Shown: in pieces, positions 50,074 through 58,986 of the stretch
Numbering within the stretch: position 1 is the stretch's first letter
Layout: every line of letters begins with the position of its first letter
Origin: an uncultured Chloroflexia bacterium
GTDB lineage: Bacteria; Chloroflexota; Limnocylindria; Limnocylindrales; CSP1-4
Direction of reading: 5' to 3'
Length of the DNA stretch: 64,000 bases
Assembly (NCBI GenBank): GCA_963720755.1
Contig: CAVRGP010000001.1
Location: forward strand, 1-64,000
Position numbers and translations under genes: made by a program
Notes under the pieces: model-generated
Told to the model about the DNA's origin: nothing
Seen by the model: only the letters and a program-made list of their open reading frames with translations
Databases searched by the model: none

Positions 50074-51480
50074 TCAGGCCGGGCGTCGCTCGAGTGGCAG
50101 GACGACCTCGAAGCATGTCTCGCCCGGCTTGGATCGGATGTCGATCCGGCCGCCGTGACGAGCGACGACATTGTGCGAGATATGGAGGCCCAGCCCGGTT
50201 CCGCTGCCGGGCGGCTTGGTCGTGTAGAACGGCTCGAAGATCCGTTCGCGGACGTCGGGCGGCATCCCCGGCCCGTTGTCGCAGATCTCCACCACGACAT
50301 CCGTGTCGCGAACGTATGCGCGGATCCGGACCTCACCCTGCCCGCCCATGGCATCGATGGCGTTGTCCAGGATGTTCGTCCAGACCTGGTTGAGCTCACT
50401 CCCGTACGCCTCGATCTCCGGGAGGTCCGACTGGTAGTCACGGGTGACCGTGATCCCGGTCTTGAGCTTGGGACGGAGGATCACCAGGGTGTTGTCCAGC
50501 CCGGCGCGGATGTCCACGCGCTGGACCGCGGCCTGATCCATGAACGAATACTCCTTGACCGCCTTCACGATCTCGGAGATCCGTCGGGCGCCGGTCGCGA
50601 CCTCGTCGACGAGCGCGTGGACGGCGCTGCCGGCGGCGACCCAGGCCACGACGCGACCGAGCGCTTCGCCTGGGAACTGCGCCTCGATGCGCTCCAGATG
50701 GGCACGATCCCAGCCGCCGGTCACGAGCGCCGGGGCGAGCTCGCCTCCGTCCGCGACCCCACGCTCGACCAGGAAGGTCTCGAGCTCCCATGCCAGGTCG
50801 CTCGCGTCGAGCGGGTCGAGTGGCGTCTGCACGGCGCCATGTCTGGCCACCTCGGCGGCGAGGTCGGCCACGAACGCCGCATGCTCGCGATCGTCGACCA
50901 CGGGTCCAAGCGCCGCCGTCGTGAGGGCCAGACGGTCAAGACCCTCCTGAAGGAGGGCCGCGCTGCGCTGGACGGCAGCCGCCGGATTGTTCAGCTCGTG
51001 GGCAAGACCCGCCGACAAGGTCCCGAGCGCCGCCAGCTTCTCGCGTTCCCTGAGCATCGCTTCGGTGCTGCGTAGCCGGCCCATGACTGTCCGCAGCATC
51101 GACAGTGTCGCCGAGGGCCGCGTGCTGAGCAGGTCGAGGACCACGTCGCGCCCGATCCGGATGACCCTCGTCTGAGCGACGGCCCGCAACGAGGCATTCC
51201 GCGGGAGCGCCTCGAAGATCGCCATCTCGCCGACGATCTCGCCGGGGCCAAGGACCGCGATCGGGACGTCCGTGGTTCGCGACCACTTCACGACCTGCAG
51301 CTCGCCCGAGATGATGACGAAGAGCGCATCGCCTGGCTCACCCTCGCCGGCGAGCTGGTCGCCGGGGGCAAGCTCGACTGGCTCGGCGGCGTCGGCGATC
51401 GACGACAGGTCCTCCTCGGAGAGCTCGAGGAAGATCGGGACGCGGCGAAGCAGCTCGCGGTCGTTGGCGTCGCAGGTCAT
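50074..51480 (-). CDS. cNMP-binding domain sensor histidine kinase
   Basis: cNMP cassette GEIVGEMA...PRNAS; AHELNNP, N-box, DNGPG, FYTTK, GTGLGL. Confidence 0.92.
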   Translation of the reverse strand: MTCDANDRELLRRVPIFLELSEEDLSSIADAAEPVELAPGDQLAGEGEPGDALFVIISGELQVVKWSRTTDVPIAVLGPGEIVGEMAIFEALPRNASLRAVAQTRVIRIGRDVVLDLLSTRPSATLSMLRTVMGRLRSTEAMLREREKLAALGTLSAGLAHELNNPAAAVQRSAALLQEGLDRLALTTAALGPVVDDREHAAFVADLAAEVARHGAVQTPLDPLDASDLAWELETFLVERGVADGGELAPALVTGGWDRAHLERIEAQFPGEALGRVVAWVAAGSAVHALVDEVATGARRISEIVKAVKEYSFMDQAAVQRVDIRAGLDNTLVILRPKLKTGITVTRDYQSDLPEIEAYGSELNQVWTNILDNAIDAMGGQGEVRIRAYVRDTDVVVEICDNGPGMPPDVRERIFEPFYTTKPPGSGTGLGLHISHNVVARHGGRIDIRSKPGETCFEVVLPLERRPA

Positions 51481-53153
51481 GGACGCCCGGGTGACAGATC
51501 CGCGAGGTGTTGGTGGACGAACCGGACGGCCATGGCGCCCTCGCCGACCGACGAGGCGATCCGTTTGACGGAATTCGATCGGACATCGCCGGCGCAGAAG
51601 ATGCCCGGGACGTTGGTCTCGAGCAGGAACGGCTGCCGCGCCAGCGGCCAGCCCTTGGGCTGCTCCCCGGGTCGGGCGAGATCGAAGCCCGTGAGCACGA
51701 AACCGGCCCGGTCGCGTTCGACCAGGTCGCCCAGCCAGTCCGTCCGCGGAGCCTGCCCGATGAACACGAACATCGCGGCCACGGGCAGCGTGTCCTGCGC
51801 TCCATCGGCCCGATCCGCCACGTCCACCGACTCGAGGGTCTCGCCGCCGTGGAGAGCCGCCACCGTGACGTTCACCCTGACCGTGATGTTCGGAGCGGCT
51901 TCGATCTGGTCGACCAGGTAGGTGGACATCCCGGAGGACAGCGGTCCGGTCCGAACGAGGACCGTGACGTGCTCCGCGAAGCGGGACAGGTAGACCGCGG
52001 CCTGGCCGGCGGAGTTGCCGCCGCCGAGGACGGCGACCCGCTCGCCGCGGTAGAAGGACGCTTCCGTGGTCGCGGCGCCGTAGTAGACCCCGGAGCCTGC
52101 CAGGCGCTCGGCGTCCGGCAGGTCCAGCTTGCGGTACTCGACGCCGGTCGCGACGATCAGTGCCTGGCAACTCACCTGCGACCCATCGGCCATCTGGATC
52201 GTCTTGTACAGGTCATCGAGCGACATCGTGACGACCTCTTGTGGGGTGAGGACCTCTGCCCCGAGGCGGCTCGCCTGGGCCACGGCCCTGCGAGCCAGAT
52301 CGGCTCCGGACAGGCCCGCCGGGAAGCCGAGGTAGTTGTCGATCCGCGACGTGGTCCCAGCCTGTCCGCCCGGGGCCTCGCGCTCGACCATCAGCGTCTT
52401 GAGCCCCTCCGAAGCGCCGTAGACGGCGGCGGCCAGACCCGAGGGTCCGCCACCAACGATCACCAGGTCGTAGAACGGGAGTGCGGCGTGAGTACGAAGA
52501 CCGATCCTCGCCGCGATCTCGGCATTGGTCGGATCGACGAGGTGCGTCCCGTCGCCGAACACGACCACGGCCTGGCTGGAGGCATCCACGCCCGCGCTGG
52601 CGACCAGCTCGGACGCTTCGGGATCGGCCTCGACATCGAGCCAGCGGTACGGGATCTGGTTTCGGGCCAGGTAGTCCTTGATCTCGTGGGCACGCGCCGA
52701 CCAGCGATGGCTCAGGACGCGGACGCCCTCGAACGGCGGGCGGAAATCGGCCTGCCAATCGTCCAATACGTCCTCGAGGACCGGGAACAACTTGTCCTCG
52801 GGCGGATCCCACGGCTTGAGCAGGTAGTGGTCGAGTTGGATCGAGTTGATCGCGGTGATGGCGACTTCGGTGTCGGCGTAGGCGGTCAGCAGCACTCGCT
52901 TGGCGTCGGGATAGATCTCCCGAGCCGCCGCGAGGAACTCGACGCCGGTCATCCCGGGCATCCGCTGGTCCGCGATGAACAGCGCGACCGCCGAGCCACG
53001 AAGCTTCAGGCGCCGCACCACGTCCAGTGCGGTCGCCCCGCTGTCTGCCGCCACGATCCGGTACGCCGACCCGAACCGGCCACGGAGGTCTCGCTCGACT
53101 GCGCGCAGGACCTGCGGATCGTCGTCGATCGCGACGATGGCAGGGTTGTCCAC
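51477..53153 (-). CDS. Response-regulator receiver fused to a thioredoxin reductase-like FAD/NAD(P)H oxidoreductase
   Basis: IDDD, ADQRMP, LKPW; GGGPSG, ATG, GGGNSA, AGD; CxxC position reads YYGAATTE. Confidence 0.9.
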   Translation of the reverse strand: MDNPAIVAIDDDPQVLRAVERDLRGRFGSAYRIVAADSGATALDVVRRLKLRGSAVALFIADQRMPGMTGVEFLAAAREIYPDAKRVLLTAYADTEVAITAINSIQLDHYLLKPWDPPEDKLFPVLEDVLDDWQADFRPPFEGVRVLSHRWSARAHEIKDYLARNQIPYRWLDVEADPEASELVASAGVDASSQAVVVFGDGTHLVDPTNAEIAARIGLRTHAALPFYDLVIVGGGPSGLAAAVYGASEGLKTLMVEREAPGGQAGTTSRIDNYLGFPAGLSGADLARRAVAQASRLGAEVLTPQEVVTMSLDDLYKTIQMADGSQVSCQALIVATGVEYRKLDLPDAERLAGSGVYYGAATTEASFYRGERVAVLGGGNSAGQAAVYLSRFAEHVTVLVRTGPLSSGMSTYLVDQIEAAPNITVRVNVTVAALHGGETLESVDVADRADGAQDTLPVAAMFVFIGQAPRTDWLGDLVERDRAGFVLTGFDLARPGEQPKGWPLARQPFLLETNVPGIFCAGDVRSNSVKRIASSVGEGAMAVRFVHQHLADLSPGRP

Positions 53154-53256
53154 GGTTCCTCCCGCTCGCTGATCCCGGCGCCACGGCGTGCCGGGCGTTC
53201 AAGTCTAGCGGTAGGACGCCGCCGACCGCAGCCGGCCGCGTCGCTAGAGTACGTCC

Positions 53257-54456
53257 ATGGAAACGTACGACCTGGCCGAGGCCGCGAAGCGAAGCGGGAT
53301 CGGCGTCGAGGAGCTGAGCCGCTTCGTCGACCTCGAGATCGTCGTGCCTGGCCCACACCATGAGTTCACCGGGGGTCACCTTCGACGCGCCGCCCTGGTG
53401 AAGAGCCTGACGGCATCGGGCATCCCTCTGGAGGGCCTGGGCGCCGCCATCCGAAATGGTCAGGTCTCGCTGGACTTCCTCGATGCACCCGCGTTCGAGC
53501 GCTTCTCGGCCCACAGCGGCGCGACGTTCGCCGAGGTCGCCGAGCGGACCGGCGCACCGATCGAGCTGCTCCTCTACATCCGTGAGGCCGCCGGCTCGGT
53601 CGCACCGACGCCCGACGATCGCATGCGCGACGAAGAACTCCCGTACGCCGCCATGATCGAGACCGCCGTGAACGGCGGGTTGCATGCAGCGGCGATCCAG
53701 CAACTGATCCGCGTCCAGGGTGACAGCATGCGGCGACTCGCCGAGACGGAGTCGGCGATCTGGCAGGCCGAGGTGATCCTGCCGGCCGTCCAGGCGGGCA
53801 AGCGCCCCGACGAGGTCGTCGGGGGCGAGTTCGGCGATCGCATGAGCGTCCAGATCGAGCAGGCGGTGATCGCCATGTATCACCTCCAGCAGGCCCGGGC
53901 GTGGACCGCGGACATCATCCTGGGGCTTGAGATGCAATTGGCGGAGGCCGGACTGCACAGTCGTCTCGACCACCCCCCGGCCATGTGCTTCCTGGACATC
54001 AGCGGCTACACCCAACTCACGCAGGAGCGCGGCGACGCGGCCGCCGCACAGCTCGCCGAGGAGCTCGGCCGCATCGTCCAGCGGACGTCGGTCAAGTTCC
54101 GCGGGCGAGCGGTCAAGTGGCTCGGTGACGGCGTGATGCTCCACTTCCCGAAGCCCGGGCACGGCGTCGAGGCGGCCCTCGAGATGATCGACGCGGTCGT
54201 CGAAGCCGGGTTGCCACCGGCGCACGTCGGCCTGCACGCCGGTCCGGTGATCTTCCAGGAGGGCGACTACTACGGCCAGACCGTCAATCTCGCATCGCGG
54301 ATCGCGAACCATGCCAGGGCCGGTGAGGTGATGGTCAGCCAGGAAGTCGTCGATGCATCGGCGGGGGCTGCCGTTGCGTTCTCGCCGGTCGGTCTGGTGG
54401 AGCTCAAGGGCGTGGCCGGCTCCATTCCCCTGTTCGCGGCGACCCGGCCTCGCTGA
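53257..54456 (+). CDS. Class III adenylate cyclase with MerR-like HTH domains (copy 2)
   Basis: Full-length paralogue of 48449..49657; FLDISGYT, VKWLGDG, GDYYGQTVNLASR. Confidence 0.88.
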   Translation: METYDLAEAAKRSGIGVEELSRFVDLEIVVPGPHHEFTGGHLRRAALVKSLTASGIPLEGLGAAIRNGQVSLDFLDAPAFERFSAHSGATFAEVAERTGAPIELLLYIREAAGSVAPTPDDRMRDEELPYAAMIETAVNGGLHAAAIQQLIRVQGDSMRRLAETESAIWQAEVILPAVQAGKRPDEVVGGEFGDRMSVQIEQAVIAMYHLQQARAWTADIILGLEMQLAEAGLHSRLDHPPAMCFLDISGYTQLTQERGDAAAAQLAEELGRIVQRTSVKFRGRAVKWLGDGVMLHFPKPGHGVEAALEMIDAVVEAGLPPAHVGLHAGPVIFQEGDYYGQTVNLASRIANHARAGEVMVSQEVVDASAGAAVAFSPVGLVELKGVAGSIPLFAATRPR

Positions 54457-54469
54457 GCGGGAGGCTACC

Positions 54470-55642
54470 TCAGGGTAGCGTTGGCTCCAGCCCGGCGAGC
54501 GGACCGTCCGGACGTGGCGTCGCCAGCTCGGGCTCGGGACCGCCGTCCCCTTCGCGGGAGGCCAGTTCTGCGTCGAGCTGGGCGACGAGGTCGGGAACCC
54601 TCGACCGAAGGGCATCGCCGTAGGCCGCCGCGATACCGGACGCGAGGGCCTGCTCCCGCCTGGTCTTCGGCGGCGCGAACCGCATGTGAACGGTGGTCCC
54701 GGTGGTCGTCGGCTCGAATTCGATCGTATGCGGCAGTTTGACCGGTCCGCCGGGGGTGTCGAGGATCGTCCGGTCGGTGACGTAGTCATACGGGCGCCAG
54801 TCCAGGATCTCTTCGACGACGGCGTCCTTTCCGTGCCGGCAATGGTTGGCTGAACCGAGGCCGCGCCGTCCGCCCGGCGCGTCCTTGATGACCACCTCTG
54901 TGACCCACGGCTGCCACGTCATCCGCTGGCCTGGCTTGGTCAGGAATTCCCAGGCGATCTGGGGCGGGACGTCCGTGGGCACGGACACCGTCAGGATGGA
55001 TTCCTCGGGCGTGACGAAGACCCGTTCACGAGCCTCCTCCTCCTGCCAGCGGCGGCCCAGGTCGTGGACCCAACCTGACACGTCACCGATGCGATCGTAC
55101 GTTTCGGTGTGCCGGCGCATGCCGAGGGCAGCGGGCTCGATGTCGGAGGCATCGATGCAGCCCTGACTGAGCAGCGCGTAAGCGTGGATCCCGAGTGCTT
55201 CGACGACCTCGTTCTTGAGCAGGCGATGCACCACGATCACATCGGATCCCAGGAGCTCCTGCCGACCGGCGACCTTCTGGATGATGGTCTGGCCATGGTG
55301 GACGACGAACTTGAGGTCGAGGTCCGGGATCCTCGAGCACGCATTGCACTCGCAGGACGTGGCCTGGCGGACGTCCCGCCGCCGGCGACGGAATCCGAAG
55401 TAGCAGCGCTCGATCGTGTCGAGCAGCATCGATCCGTCGATCGCCGCGCCGATCGAGTAGGTGAACGCCGCATCGCCTTCGAGCTTGGCCAGACGGAAGT
55501 TCGGCCGGAGGGCCGTGACGACGGCACCGATCAGGTCCGCCAGGATGTCCTGGGCGTGATCCAGCTCGACATCGGCAAGGTAGCCGGTGTACCCGGAGAT
55601 GTCGGCGATCAGGAAGGTCGCGGGTTGCGGGGTCGAGAGCAT
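54470..55642 (-). CDS. DUF2652-like (class III cyclase fold) + SRPBCC domain protein
   Basis: IADISGYT, KLEGDA, C-x-C-x2-C, LKFVVHHG, G.DVIVVHRLLKN; C-terminal START/SRPBCC-like region. Confidence 0.75.
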   Translation of the reverse strand: MLSTPQPATFLIADISGYTGYLADVELDHAQDILADLIGAVVTALRPNFRLAKLEGDAAFTYSIGAAIDGSMLLDTIERCYFGFRRRRRDVRQATSCECNACSRIPDLDLKFVVHHGQTIIQKVAGRQELLGSDVIVVHRLLKNEVVEALGIHAYALLSQGCIDASDIEPAALGMRRHTETYDRIGDVSGWVHDLGRRWQEEEARERVFVTPEESILTVSVPTDVPPQIAWEFLTKPGQRMTWQPWVTEVVIKDAPGGRRGLGSANHCRHGKDAVVEEILDWRPYDYVTDRTILDTPGGPVKLPHTIEFEPTTTGTTVHMRFAPPKTRREQALASGIAAAYGDALRSRVPDLVAQLDAELASREGDGGPEPELATPRPDGPLAGLEPTLP

Positions 55643-55961
55643 CGCTTCCCAGCATAGCCCCGAGGTGAAGGCTCGCCGATCGGCCGAAGATCGGCCGACG
55701 CTGGGCGTATCTTGGGGTCCATGTTGCGGATCGGACTCGTCCAACCGGCCAACCTGATCGTCGCGGATAACGAAGGCAACCTGATCCAATTCATCGGTCC
55801 GTTAGTCGAGACGAGCGCTCCCCATCGCGGCCCGAAACGGTCCGAGCGGACGCCGCGGCCGGGCTATCCGGCACTTCCTTGAAACCGACCGATCTGCCGA
55901 TGGTTGGACCACCGGATGGCTGCGCCATGGCGGCGCGGCCACGGACGGAGGAGGACACCCA

Positions 55962-56855
55962 GTGGCCACGATGACGGGTGCGGTCGGCCGAAACGCGACC
56001 GCGGCTCGATGGACCGACGTGACGTGGATCGGGACCGCCCCGATCGTGCTTTCGGTGGCGCTGGCGGCGGTCGCGGCGGCCGCGTCCGCAACGGCACTCC
56101 TGTTCCGCGATCAACTCCGCGGCCCGGAAGTGACGATCGGTTCAGTGCAGGGCACCGCGGCCGTCCTGCTGGCCGTGACCGTTCCCCTACTCGTCCTGTC
56201 GATGGCCCTCGTGGAGCGCGGCCACCTCGCCTGGATCATCGGGTGGCTCGGCGCCCTGGGGTCGATCGCCTACCAGAGCGTCCTGTTCCTGTTCGGGACT
56301 CCGTTCAACGCGTTCTTCTTCCTGTACGTCGCGATGCTGTCGCTGTCGGTCTGGGCCCTCATCGCCCTCGGAGGACGGCTTCCCGTGTCCTCGGTCGCAC
56401 AGCGCGTGGGCGCGAACGCGCCGACCCGGTTCGTGGCCGGATACCTCCTGGTGAATGTGGCCCTTTTCCTGCTGCTCTGGCTCCAGGCAACGGTCCCGGC
56501 GGTCCTCAGCACCGATCCTCCCGCGTTCCTGGCGGGGACCGGGATGACGACCGGGCCGGTCCAGGTGATCGATCTGGCGTTCACCCTGCCGCTCATGGCA
56601 CTCGCCGCGTGGTTGCTGTTCCAGCGGCGGCCATGGGGCTACATCCTCACCGGCTCGCTGCTCGTGCTGCTGGCGATCGAATCGGCAAGCATCGGCGTCG
56701 ATCAGTGGATGGCCCATGCGGCCGATCCCGCCTCGACCGTCGCTTCCGACGCGATGACCCCGGTATTCGCCGTTCTGACCGTGATCGGCCTCGCGGTGCT
56801 CGCCCTGTTCCTGCGGCCCGGTGCGCGAGCGACCACCCGGAGCCGGGACGACTAG
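55962..56855 (+). CDS. Multi-pass membrane protein of unknown function
   Basis: About 8 hydrophobic helices. Confidence 0.7.
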   Translation: MATMTGAVGRNATAARWTDVTWIGTAPIVLSVALAAVAAAASATALLFRDQLRGPEVTIGSVQGTAAVLLAVTVPLLVLSMALVERGHLAWIIGWLGALGSIAYQSVLFLFGTPFNAFFFLYVAMLSLSVWALIALGGRLPVSSVAQRVGANAPTRFVAGYLLVNVALFLLLWLQATVPAVLSTDPPAFLAGTGMTTGPVQVIDLAFTLPLMALAAWLLFQRRPWGYILTGSLLVLLAIESASIGVDQWMAHAADPASTVASDAMTPVFAVLTVIGLAVLALFLRPGARATTRSRDD

Positions 56856-56901
56856 ACTCGACCACCCAACGCCTGATCCCTGGAGCGAGGAGTCGTCGCC
56901 G

Positions 56902-57246
56902 ATGATCGTGTGCCTGCCCGTCAACGCCGATGGCGCCATCGATCCCCGCTGGGGGCGAGCGCGTCGCGTCGCGGTCGCCGAGGTCGAGAGTGGGGCCATC
57001 GTCCGTTGGGACGAGGTCGACGTCGGGTGGGATGTCCTCCACGACGAAGGGACGGAAGGCGGCCATCACGCCCGCATCGCGACGTTCCTCAAGACCAATC
57101 GCGTCCAGGGTGTGGTGCTCGATCATGCCGGCGAACCGATGCTCCAGATGCTTGGCTCGATGGGGCTCCAGATCTGGGCGGGTGCGAGCGGAGACGCCCG
57201 CACCGCGGCGCTCGCGGCGGTCGGCGGGGACGAGCCCTCGTCGTAG
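56902..57246 (+). CDS. NifB/NifX (FeMo-cofactor-binding-like) family protein
   Basis: IVCLPV, PRWGRA, HHARIATFL, HAGEPM. Confidence 0.75.
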   Translation: MIVCLPVNADGAIDPRWGRARRVAVAEVESGAIVRWDEVDVGWDVLHDEGTEGGHHARIATFLKTNRVQGVVLDHAGEPMLQMLGSMGLQIWAGASGDARTAALAAVGGDEPSS

Positions 57247-57266
57247 AAGCCGCGAGCGGCCGCTCG

Positions 57267-57849
57267 TCAGTCGGCGGACGGCCCTGCTTCTGTGCGTCGC
57301 GCTGAGGGCAGGATCCGGATCCGGCGCCGGATGGCTGGAGCCCCAGGCATTCGGGAATGCGCGCATCAAGTGTCGCAGCAACCGGTGCAGCTCCCGGCGA
57401 TCCGCCTCATCGAGCACCGAGGCGATCATCGCCTCGCGCCGCGCCTGGAGTCCGACCGTTCGATCCCAGGCGGCGAGCCCGGCCTCGGTCGGCTCGACCA
57501 ACGTCCCACGCCGATCGCTCGGGTCGGGCAGCCGCCGGATGAGCCCTGATGCCTCCACGCGGTCGAGTCGGTTGGTCATCGCGCCGCTCGACAGGCGCAT
57601 GCTGGCCGCCAATGCGCCGGGCGTCATCAGGTACGGGGCGCCATGACTCATGAGTCGCCCGAGCAGGTTGAACGCACGACGGTCGAGTTGCGTTTCGGCG
57701 AGTGTCTCGTCCAGGGACCGATCGAAGCTCCGGGCCAAGGTCTGGATCCGCTCGACGATCCCCTCGGTCAGAGGGTCCATATCGGGGATCTCGTGCGCCC
57801 AGCGCTCGAGCATCTGGTCGAGATGATCGAGTTCTTCGCCAGTGTCCAT
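57267..57849 (-). CDS. MarR family regulator (PecS/TamR-like); 3' end uncertain
   Basis: W in N-terminal helix, GAPY..TPG.L, SSGAMTNRLDR, PDPSDRRG. Confidence 0.85.
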
Positions 57850-57874
57850 GGGTTCCACGTGCGGAGCGTCGCAT

Positions 57875-57979
57875 TTGACATGCTCGATGTCAAGTCACTT
57901 AACCCAATACCTCTTGACATCAAGACATATTGCCCGTATTCTGCATACATCACTCGAGATCAAGACTCTTTAGACCAAG
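57875..57979. promoter_or_regulatory. Cluster of MarR-type palindromic operators
   Basis: CTCGATGTCAAG, TCTTGACATCAAGA, CTCGAGATCAAG, CTTTAGACCAAG. Confidence 0.7.
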
Positions 57980-58011
57980 AGAGCACCTCGAGAGAGAAGG
58001 AGGTTCTGGAG

Positions 58012-58212
58012 ATGACTAGCTGGTATGCGATGGAAGTGGAAGCCGAACGACGCCGCGAGGTCATCTCGCAGTCCCGGTTCTCGAATGGTCGGGTCGCCCC
58101 GACAGGACCCACGACGCATGCATGGGATGGCATCCTGGCCAAGGCGCCGGTCGGCCTCCGCCTCGCCGGTGTCGTCGGCATCGCGGTCGCGCTGCTGAGC
58201 CAGATCAGCTAA
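58012..58212 (+). CDS. Small 66-aa protein with a C-terminal hydrophobic helix
   Basis: AAGGAGG SD, own operators upstream and terminator downstream. Confidence 0.65.
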   Translation: MTSWYAMEVEAERRREVISQSRFSNGRVAPTGPTTHAWDGILAKAPVGLRLAGVVGIAVALLSQIS

Positions 58213-58295
58213 CGGTCCGGCGGACGTCGCTTCGGCGGCCACGCATCGGACGCCTCCGCCCGGCACCGCTGGTCACGGGCCTGGCGGCCTCCCAC

Positions 58296-58333
58296 CGGCC
58301 CAGCCTTCGTCCTTCGAAGGCTGGGCCGTTCTT
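58296..58333 (+). terminator. Intrinsic terminator
   Basis: CGGCCCAGCCTTCG-TCCTT-CGAAGGCTGGGCCG followed by TTCTT. Confidence 0.75.
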
Positions 58334-58437
58334 CGTGCGCTGTCACTGGATCAAAGATTGACAACTCCGGTGGATCGGTTCACCCATACCGTGTGAAGTG
58401 CATCGGAGCCCACCGATGCCGTCAAGCGGATTGAGGC

Positions 58438-58986
58438 ATGGAAGCCGATCTCGTGATCCGAGCGCAACGCGGCGACAAGGCGGCATACGCCCTCCTCGCC
58501 CAGGAGATCGCCGATCGGTTCCTTGCCGTGGCACGCAGGATCCTGCGTGACCGCGACCTGGCCGAGGACGCGACGCAGCAGGCGCTGCTCGCGATCTGGC
58601 AGGACCTTCCGCAACTCCGCGATCCGGCGCGCTTTGACGCCTGGTCGTACCGACTGCTCGTGCGCGCCTGCTACGCCGAGGGTCGGAAGGAACGACGTTG
58701 GGCCCCCAACCTCCGGCTTCTGCCGGTGGATGAGCCGGTCACGGACGATGCCCTGAGCTCGGTCATCGATCGCGATCAGCTCGAAGGCGGGTTTCGCCGC
58801 CTGTCGATCGATCACCGCGCGGTGGTCGTCCTCCACCACTACCTCGACCTGCCGCTCGAACACGTCGCCGAGATCCTCGGCATCCCGGTCGGGACGGCCC
58901 ATTCACGTCTTCACCACGCGATGCGCGGGTTGCGCGCGGCACTCGACGCCGACGCACGGCCACCGCTGCGGGAGGTTGCCAGATGA
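58438..58986 (+). CDS. ECF RNA polymerase sigma factor
   Basis: AEDATQ, FDAWSYR, LPLEHVAEILGIPVGTAHSRL. Confidence 0.92.
   Translation: MEADLVIRAQRGDKAAYALLAQEIADRFLAVARRILRDRDLAEDATQQALLAIWQDLPQLRDPARFDAWSYRLLVRACYAEGRKERRWAPNLRLLPVDEPVTDDALSSVIDRDQLEGGFRRLSIDHRAVVVLHHYLDLPLEHVAEILGIPVGTAHSRLHHAMRGLRAALDADARPPLREVAR

Noticed and set aside
42059-54789. Long alternative-frame or antisense ORFs (for example 42059..43588, 48368..49627, 51507..53363, 52213..54789)
   Set aside because: Shadow ORFs expected in high-GC DNA opposite well-supported genes; Arg/Pro/Gly-rich with no motifs
56902-57246. Nitrogen fixation inferred from the NifB/NifX-like gene
   Set aside because: This small family is common in non-diazotrophs and no nif genes are nearby
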